Positions 17,098 to 26,295 of a DNA stretch of 64,000 bases are shown one piece after another. Under the pieces are notes generated by a model. The model was given only the letters and a program-made list of their open reading frames with translations. It searched no databases and was not told the origin of the DNA. Position 1 is the first letter of the stretch, and every line of letters begins with the position of its first letter. The DNA lies in the IMG/VR virus record IMGVR_UViG_3300029305_004380, positions 2,042 to 66,041 of that record; one strand, 5' to 3'. A program made the position numbers and the translations under genes. Source of the DNA: a virus. Its lineage: Duplodnaviria > Heunggongvirae > Uroviricota > Caudoviricetes.

Positions 17098-18258
17098 TTA
17101 AATTAATTTATCTACATGTTGAAATTCATCTAATGTAAATTCATAAACTTTATTTTGAGTATGATTTTGAAATACAACATCTTTATCACTTATTATATTA
17201 TAATCGTTTGTAAATGTGTTCATTATTTCTTTAGAAATCCATTCTATAAATTTAACCGGAACACCTTGAGCTAAACATTGAATTGTAGGAATTTTACATT
17301 CATTAGGATAAAATATAAAATCATCCGGATAGCCCATTATTCTAGCATATTCTCTTATATATAAATCTCTATTTTCTACAGGATGAATAAATTGAGCTAA
17401 ACTAGTCATTGAAGGAGCCACTCCGTCAAAATCAAGTCTATATGAAGATTTATCCCATAATCTTTCTCCATTATTTTTCTTTTCAATAAAAGATTTTACT
17501 TGTTTTTTATGTTCATTCGGAATTTTTTCAATGTCTAGATTATTTAAATTGTTGTATAATCCACACATTAAAGATTCATTATGTTTTACATATCTATAAA
17601 ATTCTTCCATATTTTTAATAGCTCTGTTATTATCAAATTCCATATTGGGTGTGTCAGGAGTTAAACCTTCAAATATTTCTTTTATTGTTGTTTTATTTTG
17701 TTTAACAAATTTTATTTCAGGTATTTTTTCATATTTATTTTTATTCCAACCTACAATCATAGTTCTTAATCTTCTCATACTTACACCATGATTTCCAGCC
17801 ATATCTCGTATGATTGTAAATTTATACTTTTCACCTAATATATTCACCATATCTTTTAAAATAGGTAATCCTAAAGTCACGACTGTTGGTGCATTTTCTA
17901 TTAAAAATGTATCAGGATTTAAATGATTTATAATATCAAATACTTCATAAAATCTATTATTTACTTTATTATCTACTTTTGCATTTTTATTTATAGAACT
18001 TAATCCAGAGCATGGATTATTTGAATATAATAAGTTATAATGTTTTTCTTTTAAAGTGTCTAAGAATGCATTTTGAGACCACTCTGATGGTCTCTTAATA
18101 TTTATATTAGGATAATTCTTACAAAAATGATACGCATTAGTATCTGTCATATCTTCAGTCATTTCTAAAACAGTATCTATTTTCCATCCTGTATTTAAAT
18201 GTCCTATGGTCTGACTCCCAGAAAATATATATGCACCTATAGCTGATAATTCATTCAT
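17098..18258 (-). CDS. divergent C5-cytosine methyltransferase-fold protein (386 aa)
   Basis: C5-MTase motif order is recognisable: motif I-like IFSGSQTIG (glycines replaced), motif II LEMTED, motif IV NPCSGLS (PCQ becomes PCS), motif VI FLIENAPTV (ENV), motif VIII RRLRTMIVGW and C-terminal motif X-like QGVPVKFI. Confidence 0.7.
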   Translation of the reverse strand: MNELSAIGAYIFSGSQTIGHLNTGWKIDTVLEMTEDMTDTNAYHFCKNYPNINIKRPSEWSQNAFLDTLKEKHYNLLYSNNPCSGLSSINKNAKVDNKVNNRFYEVFDIINHLNPDTFLIENAPTVVTLGLPILKDMVNILGEKYKFTIIRDMAGNHGVSMRRLRTMIVGWNKNKYEKIPEIKFVKQNKTTIKEIFEGLTPDTPNMEFDNNRAIKNMEEFYRYVKHNESLMCGLYNNLNNLDIEKIPNEHKKQVKSFIEKKNNGERLWDKSSYRLDFDGVAPSMTSLAQFIHPVENRDLYIREYARIMGYPDDFIFYPNECKIPTIQCLAQGVPVKFIEWISKEIMNTFTNDYNIISDKDVVFQNHTQNKVYEFTLDEFQHVDKLI

Positions 18259-18282
18259 ATTTTATATTACTCCTTTTTAATT

Positions 18283-18657
18283 TCAATCTAACTCTATTCT
18301 ACCTATAAGATTTGGATGAATAATCATTTCCTTCATATAAGGAGTTAGATCGTAAAAATCATCTTCTCTTAATTTTTTAAATGGACTACACTCCATGCCT
18401 GCAAATAAAAATACACAAATTTCACTGTTATTATCACCTATAGGTTTTAATTTAATATCAGGCTTATTAGATCTACATGTAAAAATTAATCTATATTTTC
18501 TAAACCATTTGGTCATAAATTTAGGACCTTTAATAGTCATAAGATGTTTAATATTATTCTCTTTAGCAGTCCAATCACAAGTATGTATTATGTAATCTTC
18601 ATATATTTTTATTTCGTGTCCATTTGCACCCATGTGAGTATTTATTATTTTATCCAT
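18283..18657 (-). CDS. hypothetical protein (124 aa)
   Basis: ORF track. Confidence 0.5.
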   Translation of the reverse strand: MDKIINTHMGANGHEIKIYEDYIIHTCDWTAKENNIKHLMTIKGPKFMTKWFRKYRLIFTCRSNKPDIKLKPIGDNNSEICVFLFAGMECSPFKKLREDDFYDLTPYMKEMIIHPNLIGRIELD

Positions 18658-18676
18658 GTTTTCTCCTTAGTTAATT

Positions 18677-19219
18677 TCATTTTTCATATGTTTTTTCATA
18701 TTTTTTAATAATATCTTTTAACTTAAATCTACCAGAGCTATAATCATGTAATACATTAAATAAAAATGTATAAGTATCTAAATGTATTTTTATTTTACCA
18801 CTATTGTATAATCTATTAAAAGTTTTAAAAGGAATATCACAGGTCCAATTATCTTTATTATATGCTTTTCCAGCTCCTATCCAATCACATATCATTTCTT
18901 TAACATATTTAATTGGCATTTTTAATGCTTCTCCACCTGAAGAAAGATTATCAATCCAATATTCCCAATGATGTGGATTTCTTCCTCTATGATGTAACCA
19001 TGCGTATGAATATCCTTTTTCATCTTTTTCATTATCAATTGGACTTCTATCACCTGTATAATATTTAGCAGAATTAAAAAATTCAGAAAAACTAAATTTA
19101 GACCAATCATGCATAAATCCTCTAAAAGGAATTCCAGCTTCAACAGATGCTAAAAACACATAATATTTATGTCTGTTTATTATAGCAAAATGTTTTAATA
19201 ATTTTTTATAATATTTCAT
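18677..19219 (-). CDS. HD-like metal-dependent hydrolase family protein, paralogue B (180 aa)
   Basis: H-x25-HD-x-SK, WLHH, HHWEYW and ICDW motifs shared with 15138..15659. Confidence 0.5.
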   Translation of the reverse strand: MKYYKKLLKHFAIINRHKYYVFLASVEAGIPFRGFMHDWSKFSFSEFFNSAKYYTGDRSPIDNEKDEKGYSYAWLHHRGRNPHHWEYWIDNLSSGGEALKMPIKYVKEMICDWIGAGKAYNKDNWTCDIPFKTFNRLYNSGKIKIHLDTYTFLFNVLHDYSSGRFKLKDIIKKYEKTYEK

Positions 19220-19731
19220 TTAGTTCTCCCATTTAACTCATTCATCTTATTTTTAGCATTGTCTATATCAAAAAATATTCTTAATCCCATTGATCTTGAT
19301 AATCTATATGCAGTTTTAATATATGAATTTTTTGTCTGCAACATAACTTTCCAACCTAAACTCGATCTATAGTAAATTTTATCTATGTAAGCTTCTTCAA
19401 TTGTGTATTTACCATTTTTAATTTTCTTAATAACGAATACTGTAAGTCTTTTATTTTGAATATCTATCAAATGTGGAATCGTTAAATAAGCAATTGTATT
19501 GTCATAATTATTTATTCTATCAAGTTTTCTTAAATAATCTAAAGGACCCATACAATTATCCCATAGTAGATCCGAGTAATAATGTTTCTTTTTTAATGAT
19601 TTTTTAAAAGTATTAACTTCTAATTCATTCTTACATTTTTCTATGTACACTTCTGCAGATATTCCATTCACCATGTCTAATGCATACATCTTTGCTTCTT
19701 TTTTAATTTTCTTTAAATTTGTTAAGTTCAT
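19216..19731 (-). CDS. hypothetical protein (171 aa)
   Basis: ORF track. Confidence 0.5.
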   Translation of the reverse strand: MNLTNLKKIKKEAKMYALDMVNGISAEVYIEKCKNELEVNTFKKSLKKKHYYSDLLWDNCMGPLDYLRKLDRINNYDNTIAYLTIPHLIDIQNKRLTVFVIKKIKNGKYTIEEAYIDKIYYRSSLGWKVMLQTKNSYIKTAYRLSRSMGLRIFFDIDNAKNKMNELNGRTK

Positions 19732-19814
19732 AATTTATTTCTCCTTTATATTAAATTTTTATAAATAAACTTCCTATTATTTATAATAGTACACGTATTA
19801 AAATATTATTTTTA

Positions 19815-19848
19815 TTAAAAAAACTCCAAATTTTATTTGGAGTTTTTT
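19815..19848 (-). terminator. intrinsic terminator (AACTCCAAA / TTTGGAGTT) overlapping the stop of the SpoIIID-like gene
   Basis: A 9 bp stem and 5 nt loop, followed by a T7 run in the minus-strand reading. Confidence 0.6.
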
Positions 19849-20093
19849 AGTATTAAATATTTGTGTTTAGTTGCCATGCCACCACGAATATGTTTATCTT
19901 TAAAATTTGATGCAACTAATTTTCTAACTTTTTGATATAATCTTTTATCAATGTATGGTAATTTATAAAGAAAATCGTATGACAATGTAGATTTACCAAT
20001 TCCAAACACTTTAGCAGTTTTTCGTATTGTAGATTTATTATCTACGTAATAAATTGCACAAGCTTTTATTCTATTCTCAAGTTGTTCGTTCAT
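19833..20093 (-). CDS. spoIIID: SpoIIID-like HTH transcriptional regulator (about 86 aa, start trimmed)
   Basis: AKVFGIGKSTLSYD...LP...KHIRGGMATKHKY matches the SpoIIID family (AKEFGVSKSTVHKD...IRHxRGGxATKxKY). A GGAG ribosome-binding site lies 9 nt upstream of the ATG at 20093. Confidence 0.7.
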   Translation of the reverse strand: MNEQLENRIKACAIYYVDNKSTIRKTAKVFGIGKSTLSYDFLYKLPYIDKRLYQKVRKLVASNFKDKHIRGGMATKHKYLILKNSK

Positions 20094-20142
20094 ATAAATC
20101 AACTCCTTTAATTATATTTTATTAAAGGAATCAATAAATATA

Positions 20143-21183
20143 TTATTCTTCATCGTCTTCAAATTTTGGATTTTCTAATAATAAATTATCCACTTTTAAT
20201 TTTATACTATTAAACAATTCAATATCATTATTTAAAGCATCTAACACCTTAGCTTGTCCTTGCCATTTATATTCTTTTTCATTTACTTTTGCATCAAACC
20301 ACGCTCCACCTTTATGAATCACTCCGAATTTAAGAGCTAAATCTAATAAATCTATATCTGTTCTTATTCCATTTCTGTAAAATAAAGAGCATTTAGATAT
20401 TCTTCTATCTGAAGGACATGTTTTTGATTTTACCAATTTTACTTCTATTAAATGACCTTGAGGATTTTCAGATGAACTTGAAATTTCATTGCCTTTTTCA
20501 TCAAGAAATTTTCCTTTACGAGTCATATAACGTTGAGAACATGCAAACTTCCAAGCTCTACCTCCAGGAGTAGTGATAGGATTGTACATATTACCTATAT
20601 TTTCTCTAACTTGATTTATTCCTATAAAACAAATATTATTCCTCTTTATAATAGGTGTGCACTGGTTTACAAATTGTGTTAATGGTAATGCTATTCCACC
20701 ATATGTTTTATCTTCAAATGATTTTTCAGAAGCTTGTTTAGAAAACATTGCTCCTATAGAATCTAAAATCATTAATCCGAAAGCTTCAGTTTCCATAGCT
20801 GCTTTTACTTGATCGAATATTTCTTCAGCGTATTGTCCTATACAATTTAATATAATAACTTTACTAGAATCAACGCCCATATGAGAAGCCCATTTTGCAT
20901 CATAAGTGCCTTCAACATCTATATATAAAATATATTCGTCCGGCCACAATTTTTGAAAATTAGCCATAATATCTAAACACAAGGTTGATTTTCCAGATGA
21001 TTCTTCACCATAAAATTCTATAATTCTTCCTCTTGGAACACCACCATAACTCATATAGTTTAATCTTAAACTGGAAAACGGAATTAAATCTAATTCTTTT
21101 TCTTCCATACCTAATTGTACAATTTCAGAACCATATTGTTTATTTACTTTTTTCATCCAATCCATTAAATTTGTATTAGTCAT
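20143..21183 (-). CDS. recA: RecA recombinase (bacterial type, 346 aa)
   Basis: Walker A GEESSGKST and Walker B ILDSIGA motifs. The L2-region FIGINQVRENIG...TPGGRAWKF and C-terminal HKGGAWF motifs align along the whole length with bacterial RecA. Confidence 0.9.
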   Translation of the reverse strand: MTNTNLMDWMKKVNKQYGSEIVQLGMEEKELDLIPFSSLRLNYMSYGGVPRGRIIEFYGEESSGKSTLCLDIMANFQKLWPDEYILYIDVEGTYDAKWASHMGVDSSKVIILNCIGQYAEEIFDQVKAAMETEAFGLMILDSIGAMFSKQASEKSFEDKTYGGIALPLTQFVNQCTPIIKRNNICFIGINQVRENIGNMYNPITTPGGRAWKFACSQRYMTRKGKFLDEKGNEISSSSENPQGHLIEVKLVKSKTCPSDRRISKCSLFYRNGIRTDIDLLDLALKFGVIHKGGAWFDAKVNEKEYKWQGQAKVLDALNNDIELFNSIKLKVDNLLLENPKFEDDEE

Positions 21184-21258
21184 GTATTTGTAACTCCTTT
21201 ATAAGATAATTTTAAATAAAATCTTTATAATATTTATAATCATTTATTTTAAAATTGT

Positions 21259-21882
21259 TTATTTAAACCTCTTATCTTTTTGTTTACGCGATTTTAATAT
21301 ATATTTTTTATAATCATTATAATCTTTAAATTTGATATATTCACCAGAATAAACATCAAAACATGAATTATCTGCACATAATTCATATGAATTTGTTGAA
21401 CACACAATGAACACATCTTTATCCTTATTATGTTCATCTTCCATAATTGTTTTAAATAAATATTCTTTTATTTCAATAGCATTATCTATGCTTAAACCTG
21501 AATCTATAGCATCAAATAAAATCCATAATTCTTTACTATTTTTATGTTGCTGTACAAACCTTGCAATTTTGCCTGCTATAATACCAAGATTAATATATAT
21601 TTGTTCACCTTCAGATGATTGCATCAGTGTAGCTGCAGTAGTTATATCATCCTCATAAACTCTTTCAGATATTGATGTTGCTCCACCTTCATATTCATTA
21701 CTATAATATATTACTGGGATTTTAGATGATTGCAAAGACTCTTTAATTGATTGTAATAAAGTAGTTTTTCCAGATCCATTGCATCCTATTAAAATAGTAA
21801 CACCTGGATTTATTTCGATTTCTGATTTTTTATAAATGATATCATCGTATGGTTTTCTTGTAATTTTAAAAAATCTACTCAT
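21259..21882 (-). CDS. small ABC-type/SMC-like P-loop ATPase (207 aa)
   Basis: Walker A GCNGSGKTT, ABC-signature-like SEGEQ and Walker B ILFDAID motifs. Confidence 0.55.
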   Translation of the reverse strand: MSRFFKITRKPYDDIIYKKSEIEINPGVTILIGCNGSGKTTLLQSIKESLQSSKIPVIYYSNEYEGGATSISERVYEDDITTAATLMQSSEGEQIYINLGIIAGKIARFVQQHKNSKELWILFDAIDSGLSIDNAIEIKEYLFKTIMEDEHNKDKDVFIVCSTNSYELCADNSCFDVYSGEYIKFKDYNDYKKYILKSRKQKDKRFK

Positions 21883-21894
21883 TTTATGGACTCC

Positions 21895-22221
21895 TTATTC
21901 AATTCTTATAGCTCTATCATCCCAATATTCATTAGCAAAAATTTTAGGACTATTCATTGGAACTTCTGGATTTTCATTATAATATTTAGGAATAATAGTT
22001 ATAGGCATATTCATTATGCACCATTCTTTAGCAGCATTTAATGTTTCACCACTTCTACAAGTCCATAAAATAATTACTAATTCTTGTCCTCGTTTATTTA
22101 CTTCAACATTTTTATCTAACAAATGTTTAATAGTATTTTCTTTTATATTTCCTATTGCAGGATAGTTATGTTCTACTAATGTTCCATCAAAATCAAGAGC
22201 TATATAATATTTATCATACAT
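21895..22221 (-). CDS. small HAD-superfamily phosphatase-like protein (108 aa)
   Basis: N-terminal ALDFDGTL matches the DxDGT HAD motif I; a C-terminal DDR is also present. Confidence 0.4.
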   Translation of the reverse strand: MYDKYYIALDFDGTLVEHNYPAIGNIKENTIKHLLDKNVEVNKRGQELVIILWTCRSGETLNAAKEWCIMNMPITIIPKYYNENPEVPMNSPKIFANEYWDDRAIRIE

Positions 22222-22828
22222 TTTTTACAATCTCTCCTATCATTTCAATCCACCTATTATAGGTTTTTAAATATTCTTCATTAGATATTTCAGTGTATAA
22301 ATCTATTTCTCTTTTACGTTGTCCAGAGTTATCCATTAAATTACAAAACCAACCTATGCTTTCAGTATGAAGTGAAAAAATTTCTTCATACATGTTTTTA
22401 CTCTTAAATGATTTTATAGGAAGATTAAAAACCAAAGTATTCATTTTATATGGATTATTTTCTTCAACATTTAAAATCTTATAATATGCAATAGTTTCTT
22501 CATTTATAAGTCTTTTAAATGTTTTTCCAATATATTCTATATTATTAGCTATATCTTTTTTAGTTTGTTCACAATAATATTTATTAATTTGTTCATTTAA
22601 TTCATCTCTCTGTTTTTCTAAAATTTTAATATCTACTTCATCTTCATCTATCAAATTAATATCTTCTATAAGTTTTGTATTTCCATTTTCTAAAATAATT
22701 AGTTCCGATTTTGATACCCATTTAATCCAGCGATTACATTTTTGACAGTATAATCCAGTGTGAAAATCACCATAACTTAAACGTCCAAGTGTGGGTCCAC
22801 ACTTTTTACATATAGTTTCAATATTCAT
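22214..22828 (-). CDS. zinc-finger protein (204 aa)
   Basis: N-terminal CKKCGP...CQKCNRW motif. Confidence 0.5.
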   Translation of the reverse strand: MNIETICKKCGPTLGRLSYGDFHTGLYCQKCNRWIKWVSKSELIILENGNTKLIEDINLIDEDEVDIKILEKQRDELNEQINKYYCEQTKKDIANNIEYIGKTFKRLINEETIAYYKILNVEENNPYKMNTLVFNLPIKSFKSKNMYEEIFSLHTESIGWFCNLMDNSGQRKREIDLYTEISNEEYLKTYNRWIEMIGEIVKNV

Positions 22829-22842
22829 AATTACTCATTCCT

Positions 22843-23163
22843 TTAATACTTTATTTCATCAGGTGTTAATTTAACAGCTTTTTCTTTTAATTTTTTCACA
22901 TATCGTATTCCTTTATCGTTTACTTTTATTTTAAGTAAACTATCATCTTCTGAAAGTTTCCGCATTTGTTCAGTAATTGGAATTCTATAAGCCATATATA
23001 AATTTTTATAAAATACACTTTCCGAACATTCATCTGCTTTATCACCAGTATAATTTTCAAAAGATTCTGCAGTGCAATCGAATGTTTCTACTTCATAATC
23101 ACCTGAAGGAATACCGATTAATACTTTAGTATTTCTTTTAAATAAAATATCAATAATCTTCAT
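22843..23163 (-). CDS. hypothetical protein (106 aa)
   Basis: ORF track. Confidence 0.5.
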   Translation of the reverse strand: MKIIDILFKRNTKVLIGIPSGDYEVETFDCTAESFENYTGDKADECSESVFYKNLYMAYRIPITEQMRKLSEDDSLLKIKVNDKGIRYVKKLKEKAVKLTPDEIKY

Positions 23164-23179
23164 AATATATATTCCTCAT

Positions 23180-24181
23180 TTACTTATTGAATTTAATAGC
23201 ATTTTCATTAAATAAAGTATTATCACATTCCACAAAATAGTCAAATAGTGGTAACGCTAACTCTCTCATTTGAGGATGAGCAGCTTTGTCACATCTTAAT
23301 TCAAAGAAATGTCCCCATTCATAATTATGAGCAGTCATTATAATTTCAGTTTTTAAACTGTTACCAAGTACACTTCTAGCTTCTTGAGGAGTAGCTCCTA
23401 ATTCTAATAACTCAAAGTATGCTTTTTCTGAAGCTTTTATTGCATCTCTCCAAACATGATACTTGTTTCTTTCAACACTTTGAAGTTCTGCTTCACCATC
23501 AAACATTAATGGGTCAATCACCGTGATATTATTATCAAATTTATCTTTAGAATAATTACAATATCTTGTAGATTCTTGAGCATATGAAGAATCCCTATGT
23601 CTAACGATTTCATGTGATACACCTCTATCACAAATAAATTTAATAGATTTCCATCCGTGCATCCATTGTTCTTCTGGAATTAATGTATTAATATCATCGA
23701 TTTTAGTCCAATTATTTCTATGTACTTTTTTAAATTTATTACCAAATAATTCATCACAATCATAATCTAAGACTATTTGCTCACATAATTCAATTAAATG
23801 TTCTTTCATATAACTATTAGTCTTATAAGCTTCTAATAAATCTAAAAGAGACCTTGCGCTAAACGACAATATATATCTTAATTTTGTTTCAAAATTACCT
23901 TCATCATTACATGAAATAATTTCTGTCGTACTAGATGTTATATATTTTTCATTACTTAATATTTTAAAAAATAAATTATTAGGAGTATTACATTGATATA
24001 CAAATATAAAATGTTCTAACATCGCCCAATGTTTTTTATCATATAAATTTTTAATCATTTTTTTATGACTTTCATCAGTTATTAAATCTTCTGATTTATA
24101 ACAAATTCTTGCAATTTTTTCAATATGTTTTTGAGGATTGTCATCATACATTTCTTTAAATGACGGCTTTATAATTTTCAT
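23180..24181 (-). CDS. thyX: flavin-dependent thymidylate synthase ThyX (333 aa)
   Basis: ThyX signature RHRDSSYAQESTRY (RHR-x6-QESTRY). A GGAG ribosome-binding site is present. Confidence 0.85.
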   Translation of the reverse strand: MKIIKPSFKEMYDDNPQKHIEKIARICYKSEDLITDESHKKMIKNLYDKKHWAMLEHFIFVYQCNTPNNLFFKILSNEKYITSSTTEIISCNDEGNFETKLRYILSFSARSLLDLLEAYKTNSYMKEHLIELCEQIVLDYDCDELFGNKFKKVHRNNWTKIDDINTLIPEEQWMHGWKSIKFICDRGVSHEIVRHRDSSYAQESTRYCNYSKDKFDNNITVIDPLMFDGEAELQSVERNKYHVWRDAIKASEKAYFELLELGATPQEARSVLGNSLKTEIIMTAHNYEWGHFFELRCDKAAHPQMRELALPLFDYFVECDNTLFNENAIKFNK

Positions 24182-24195
24182 AATTTATCTCTCCT

Positions 24196-24900
24196 TTATA
24201 TTAATTCTGTTATATTTCCATTATCTAAATTTACATGTATCTTACATTCATTTATTAACTCGTTATGAACAACTTGTAATTGTGAAGTATTTAGTAAAAT
24301 ACTTTTATAAATACTTAATACATTATCTACAAAAATCACAATATCTACTTTATTCCAAACTTTCTTATGTGACATTAACATATAATTCATAAAAGTTGTT
24401 AAAGTTATACATAATAAATATGGAAAATTATCTGTTGTTGATTTTATAATTACATCATCCATATTATTTGTTCTAACCTCATTAGAATTTAATTGAGGTA
24501 AATCTTTACATTTATCTAATATAGATACTCCATAATCACGATTAAAATCATCCAGTAACATATTTAAGTCTCTGTTACTATTTCCAATAGTGATAATAAA
24601 TCTTTTTAATTTTTCTGCAAACTCTATTATTTGATGTGTATTTAAATTAAATTTTTTATTAATAACTTTTATACTACATAATAATGCTATTACTGAACAT
24701 TTAGTTAAAATTTTATTATCTATACTTTTTCTTATTCTATATACTTCTAACATTTTCTTAGATGATTTTGTTAATTCATTATATCCAGAATCTCTAGCAT
24801 ACTTATTTATATCATCCCAAGTTTTATTTATTTTTTGTTTTTTAATTTCTTCTTTTATTTGCTTTCTTTTTTTCTTTAATTGCAATGCAGTTTTATCCAT
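24196..24900 (-). CDS. hypothetical protein (234 aa)
   Basis: ORF track. Confidence 0.5.
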   Translation of the reverse strand: MDKTALQLKKKRKQIKEEIKKQKINKTWDDINKYARDSGYNELTKSSKKMLEVYRIRKSIDNKILTKCSVIALLCSIKVINKKFNLNTHQIIEFAEKLKRFIITIGNSNRDLNMLLDDFNRDYGVSILDKCKDLPQLNSNEVRTNNMDDVIIKSTTDNFPYLLCITLTTFMNYMLMSHKKVWNKVDIVIFVDNVLSIYKSILLNTSQLQVVHNELINECKIHVNLDNGNITELI

Positions 24901-24963
24901 TTCTTTTTATCCTTTTTATTTCTTTTCTTATATAATATAATAGACTAAATTATAAAAAATTAT

Positions 24964-25332
24964 TTAATGATAACCATATTCACTATCTATTTTTAAATCA
25001 GAAGATATACATTCATTATCATATAATTTATTTAAAGAGTTTATTTGTTCCTTAGTTATTTTTTTAGGATTAATATATGTGTTATACCAAACTGAAATAC
25101 ATCCTGTCATATTGACGAGTTCTAACATTACATCACACCAAATATCTAAAATATCAAATAATACTTCTCTTTCATAACATGTAAGATTAATTAATTTTTC
25201 TTGATGACTTGGAATTGCATATGATATATCTCCATCAGGATGAATTAATACTTCACAATAGTTTATATAATTTTCATTGTGATACTTTATAAATTCATCT
25301 ATTTTCATTTTATCAGTTCTCATAATAATCAT
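24964..25332 (-). CDS. hypothetical protein (122 aa)
   Basis: ORF track. Confidence 0.5.
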   Translation of the reverse strand: MIIMRTDKMKIDEFIKYHNENYINYCEVLIHPDGDISYAIPSHQEKLINLTCYEREVLFDILDIWCDVMLELVNMTGCISVWYNTYINPKKITKEQINSLNKLYDNECISSDLKIDSEYGYH

Positions 25333-25997
25333 CCTTCTTTTATAGCGGTTGTTCCAAATCTCTTACCTTCTGTATAACCATTTAATTCTGCATGTACACT
25401 AGTTGATTTATTTTTTATTACTCTTTCTTTTTGTGCAAAATCTTTAGTAAAATTAGAAAAATTAGTTTGTACTTCTTTATCAACCTGAACCATTAATGCA
25501 TATTTTTCTTGTTTGTTTTGTTCTTCATATTTTGCTTGAATGCCTGCAACAAATCCATTAAACCAAGAATATTTAATTCCTTTAGCGGTCCCAAATATAT
25601 CTCTATATTCTCTTGCATATTTTTCTGCTTTTTCTTCTGCAATTTCATATGCACAGTTTATAATTTCTGTAACACATTCAACATCTGTTTTAAAACCAAA
25701 TAATGTAACTCTATGAATTTTGCCATGAGTTGTAATATATTTAAGTACTCCGAAATTTTTAGTAAATACATCTATTAACATGTATATCCAAGGAATAGTT
25801 GCATTGTAATTATTTAATTCCATTTTGACGATTTCTTTATCATCTTCTTTTAAAATATCTTTTTCTTCAAGTTTATGTTTTAACATTAATTTTCTCGCAG
25901 TTGTTAAAGCACTTAATGCTTCAGCTTCAGTACAACCATTTTCAACAGTTTTATTCAATAAATGTTTTATTTTGTTTAATATAGAATTATCACACAT
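25329..25997 (-). CDS. DUF2786-like phage protein (222 aa)
   Basis: The N-terminal pattern IKHLLNKTVENGCTEAEALSALTTARKLMLKHKL is typical of the DUF2786 N-terminal helix. Confidence 0.5.
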   Translation of the reverse strand: MCDNSILNKIKHLLNKTVENGCTEAEALSALTTARKLMLKHKLEEKDILKEDDKEIVKMELNNYNATIPWIYMLIDVFTKNFGVLKYITTHGKIHRVTLFGFKTDVECVTEIINCAYEIAEEKAEKYAREYRDIFGTAKGIKYSWFNGFVAGIQAKYEEQNKQEKYALMVQVDKEVQTNFSNFTKDFAQKERVIKNKSTSVHAELNGYTEGKRFGTTAIKEG

Positions 25998-26015
25998 ACT
26001 TTTTTCTCCTTATAA

Positions 26016-26189
26016 TTATTTTGCAGGCCAATTAACTATCATATAATGAAGCCAATTCCAATCACTATAATGAGGATCGATACTTCCACTTTTTACTGAC
26101 ATTTCCAAAAAACATAAGATAAATGATATCAAAAATATCATTGATACAATATAGAGCATGTTTTCTAAAAATTTAAATAATTTCTTCAT
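26016..26189 (-). CDS. 57 aa hydrophobic membrane miniprotein, not in ORF track
   Basis: Manual translation gives MKKLFKFLENMLYIVSMIFLISFILCFLEMSVKSGSIDPHYSDWNWLHYMIVNWPAK. An AAGGAG ribosome-binding site is present. It is the first gene behind P3. Confidence 0.35.
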   Translation of the reverse strand: MKKLFKFLENMLYIVSMIFLISFILCFLEMSVKSGSIDPHYSDWNWLHYMIVNWPAK

Positions 26190-26238
26190 AGTTATTTCTC
26201 CTTTTAAATAATTTTAGCTTTTGTTTTATTATGTTTTA

Positions 26239-26267
26239 ATTATAACATATTTTCTTACATTTGTAAA
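26239..26267 (-). promoter_or_regulatory. sigma-A-type promoter P3 inside the conserved cassette
   Basis: Read on the minus strand: TTTACA at 26267-26262, a 17 bp spacer ending TGT, and TATAAT at 26244-26239. Confidence 0.65.
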
Positions 26268-26295
26268 CCCTTTTCTTATAATTGTAATAAAACTG

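Noticed and set aside
21259-21882. Deoxynucleotide or polynucleotide kinase (T4 gp1 or Pnk-like) for the 207 aa P-loop protein
   Set aside because: Its P-loop context (GCNGSGKTT), its SEGEQ signature-like motif and its hydrophobic-D-x-D Walker B look ABC/SMC-like rather than nucleotide-kinase-like. The generic ATPase call is kept.
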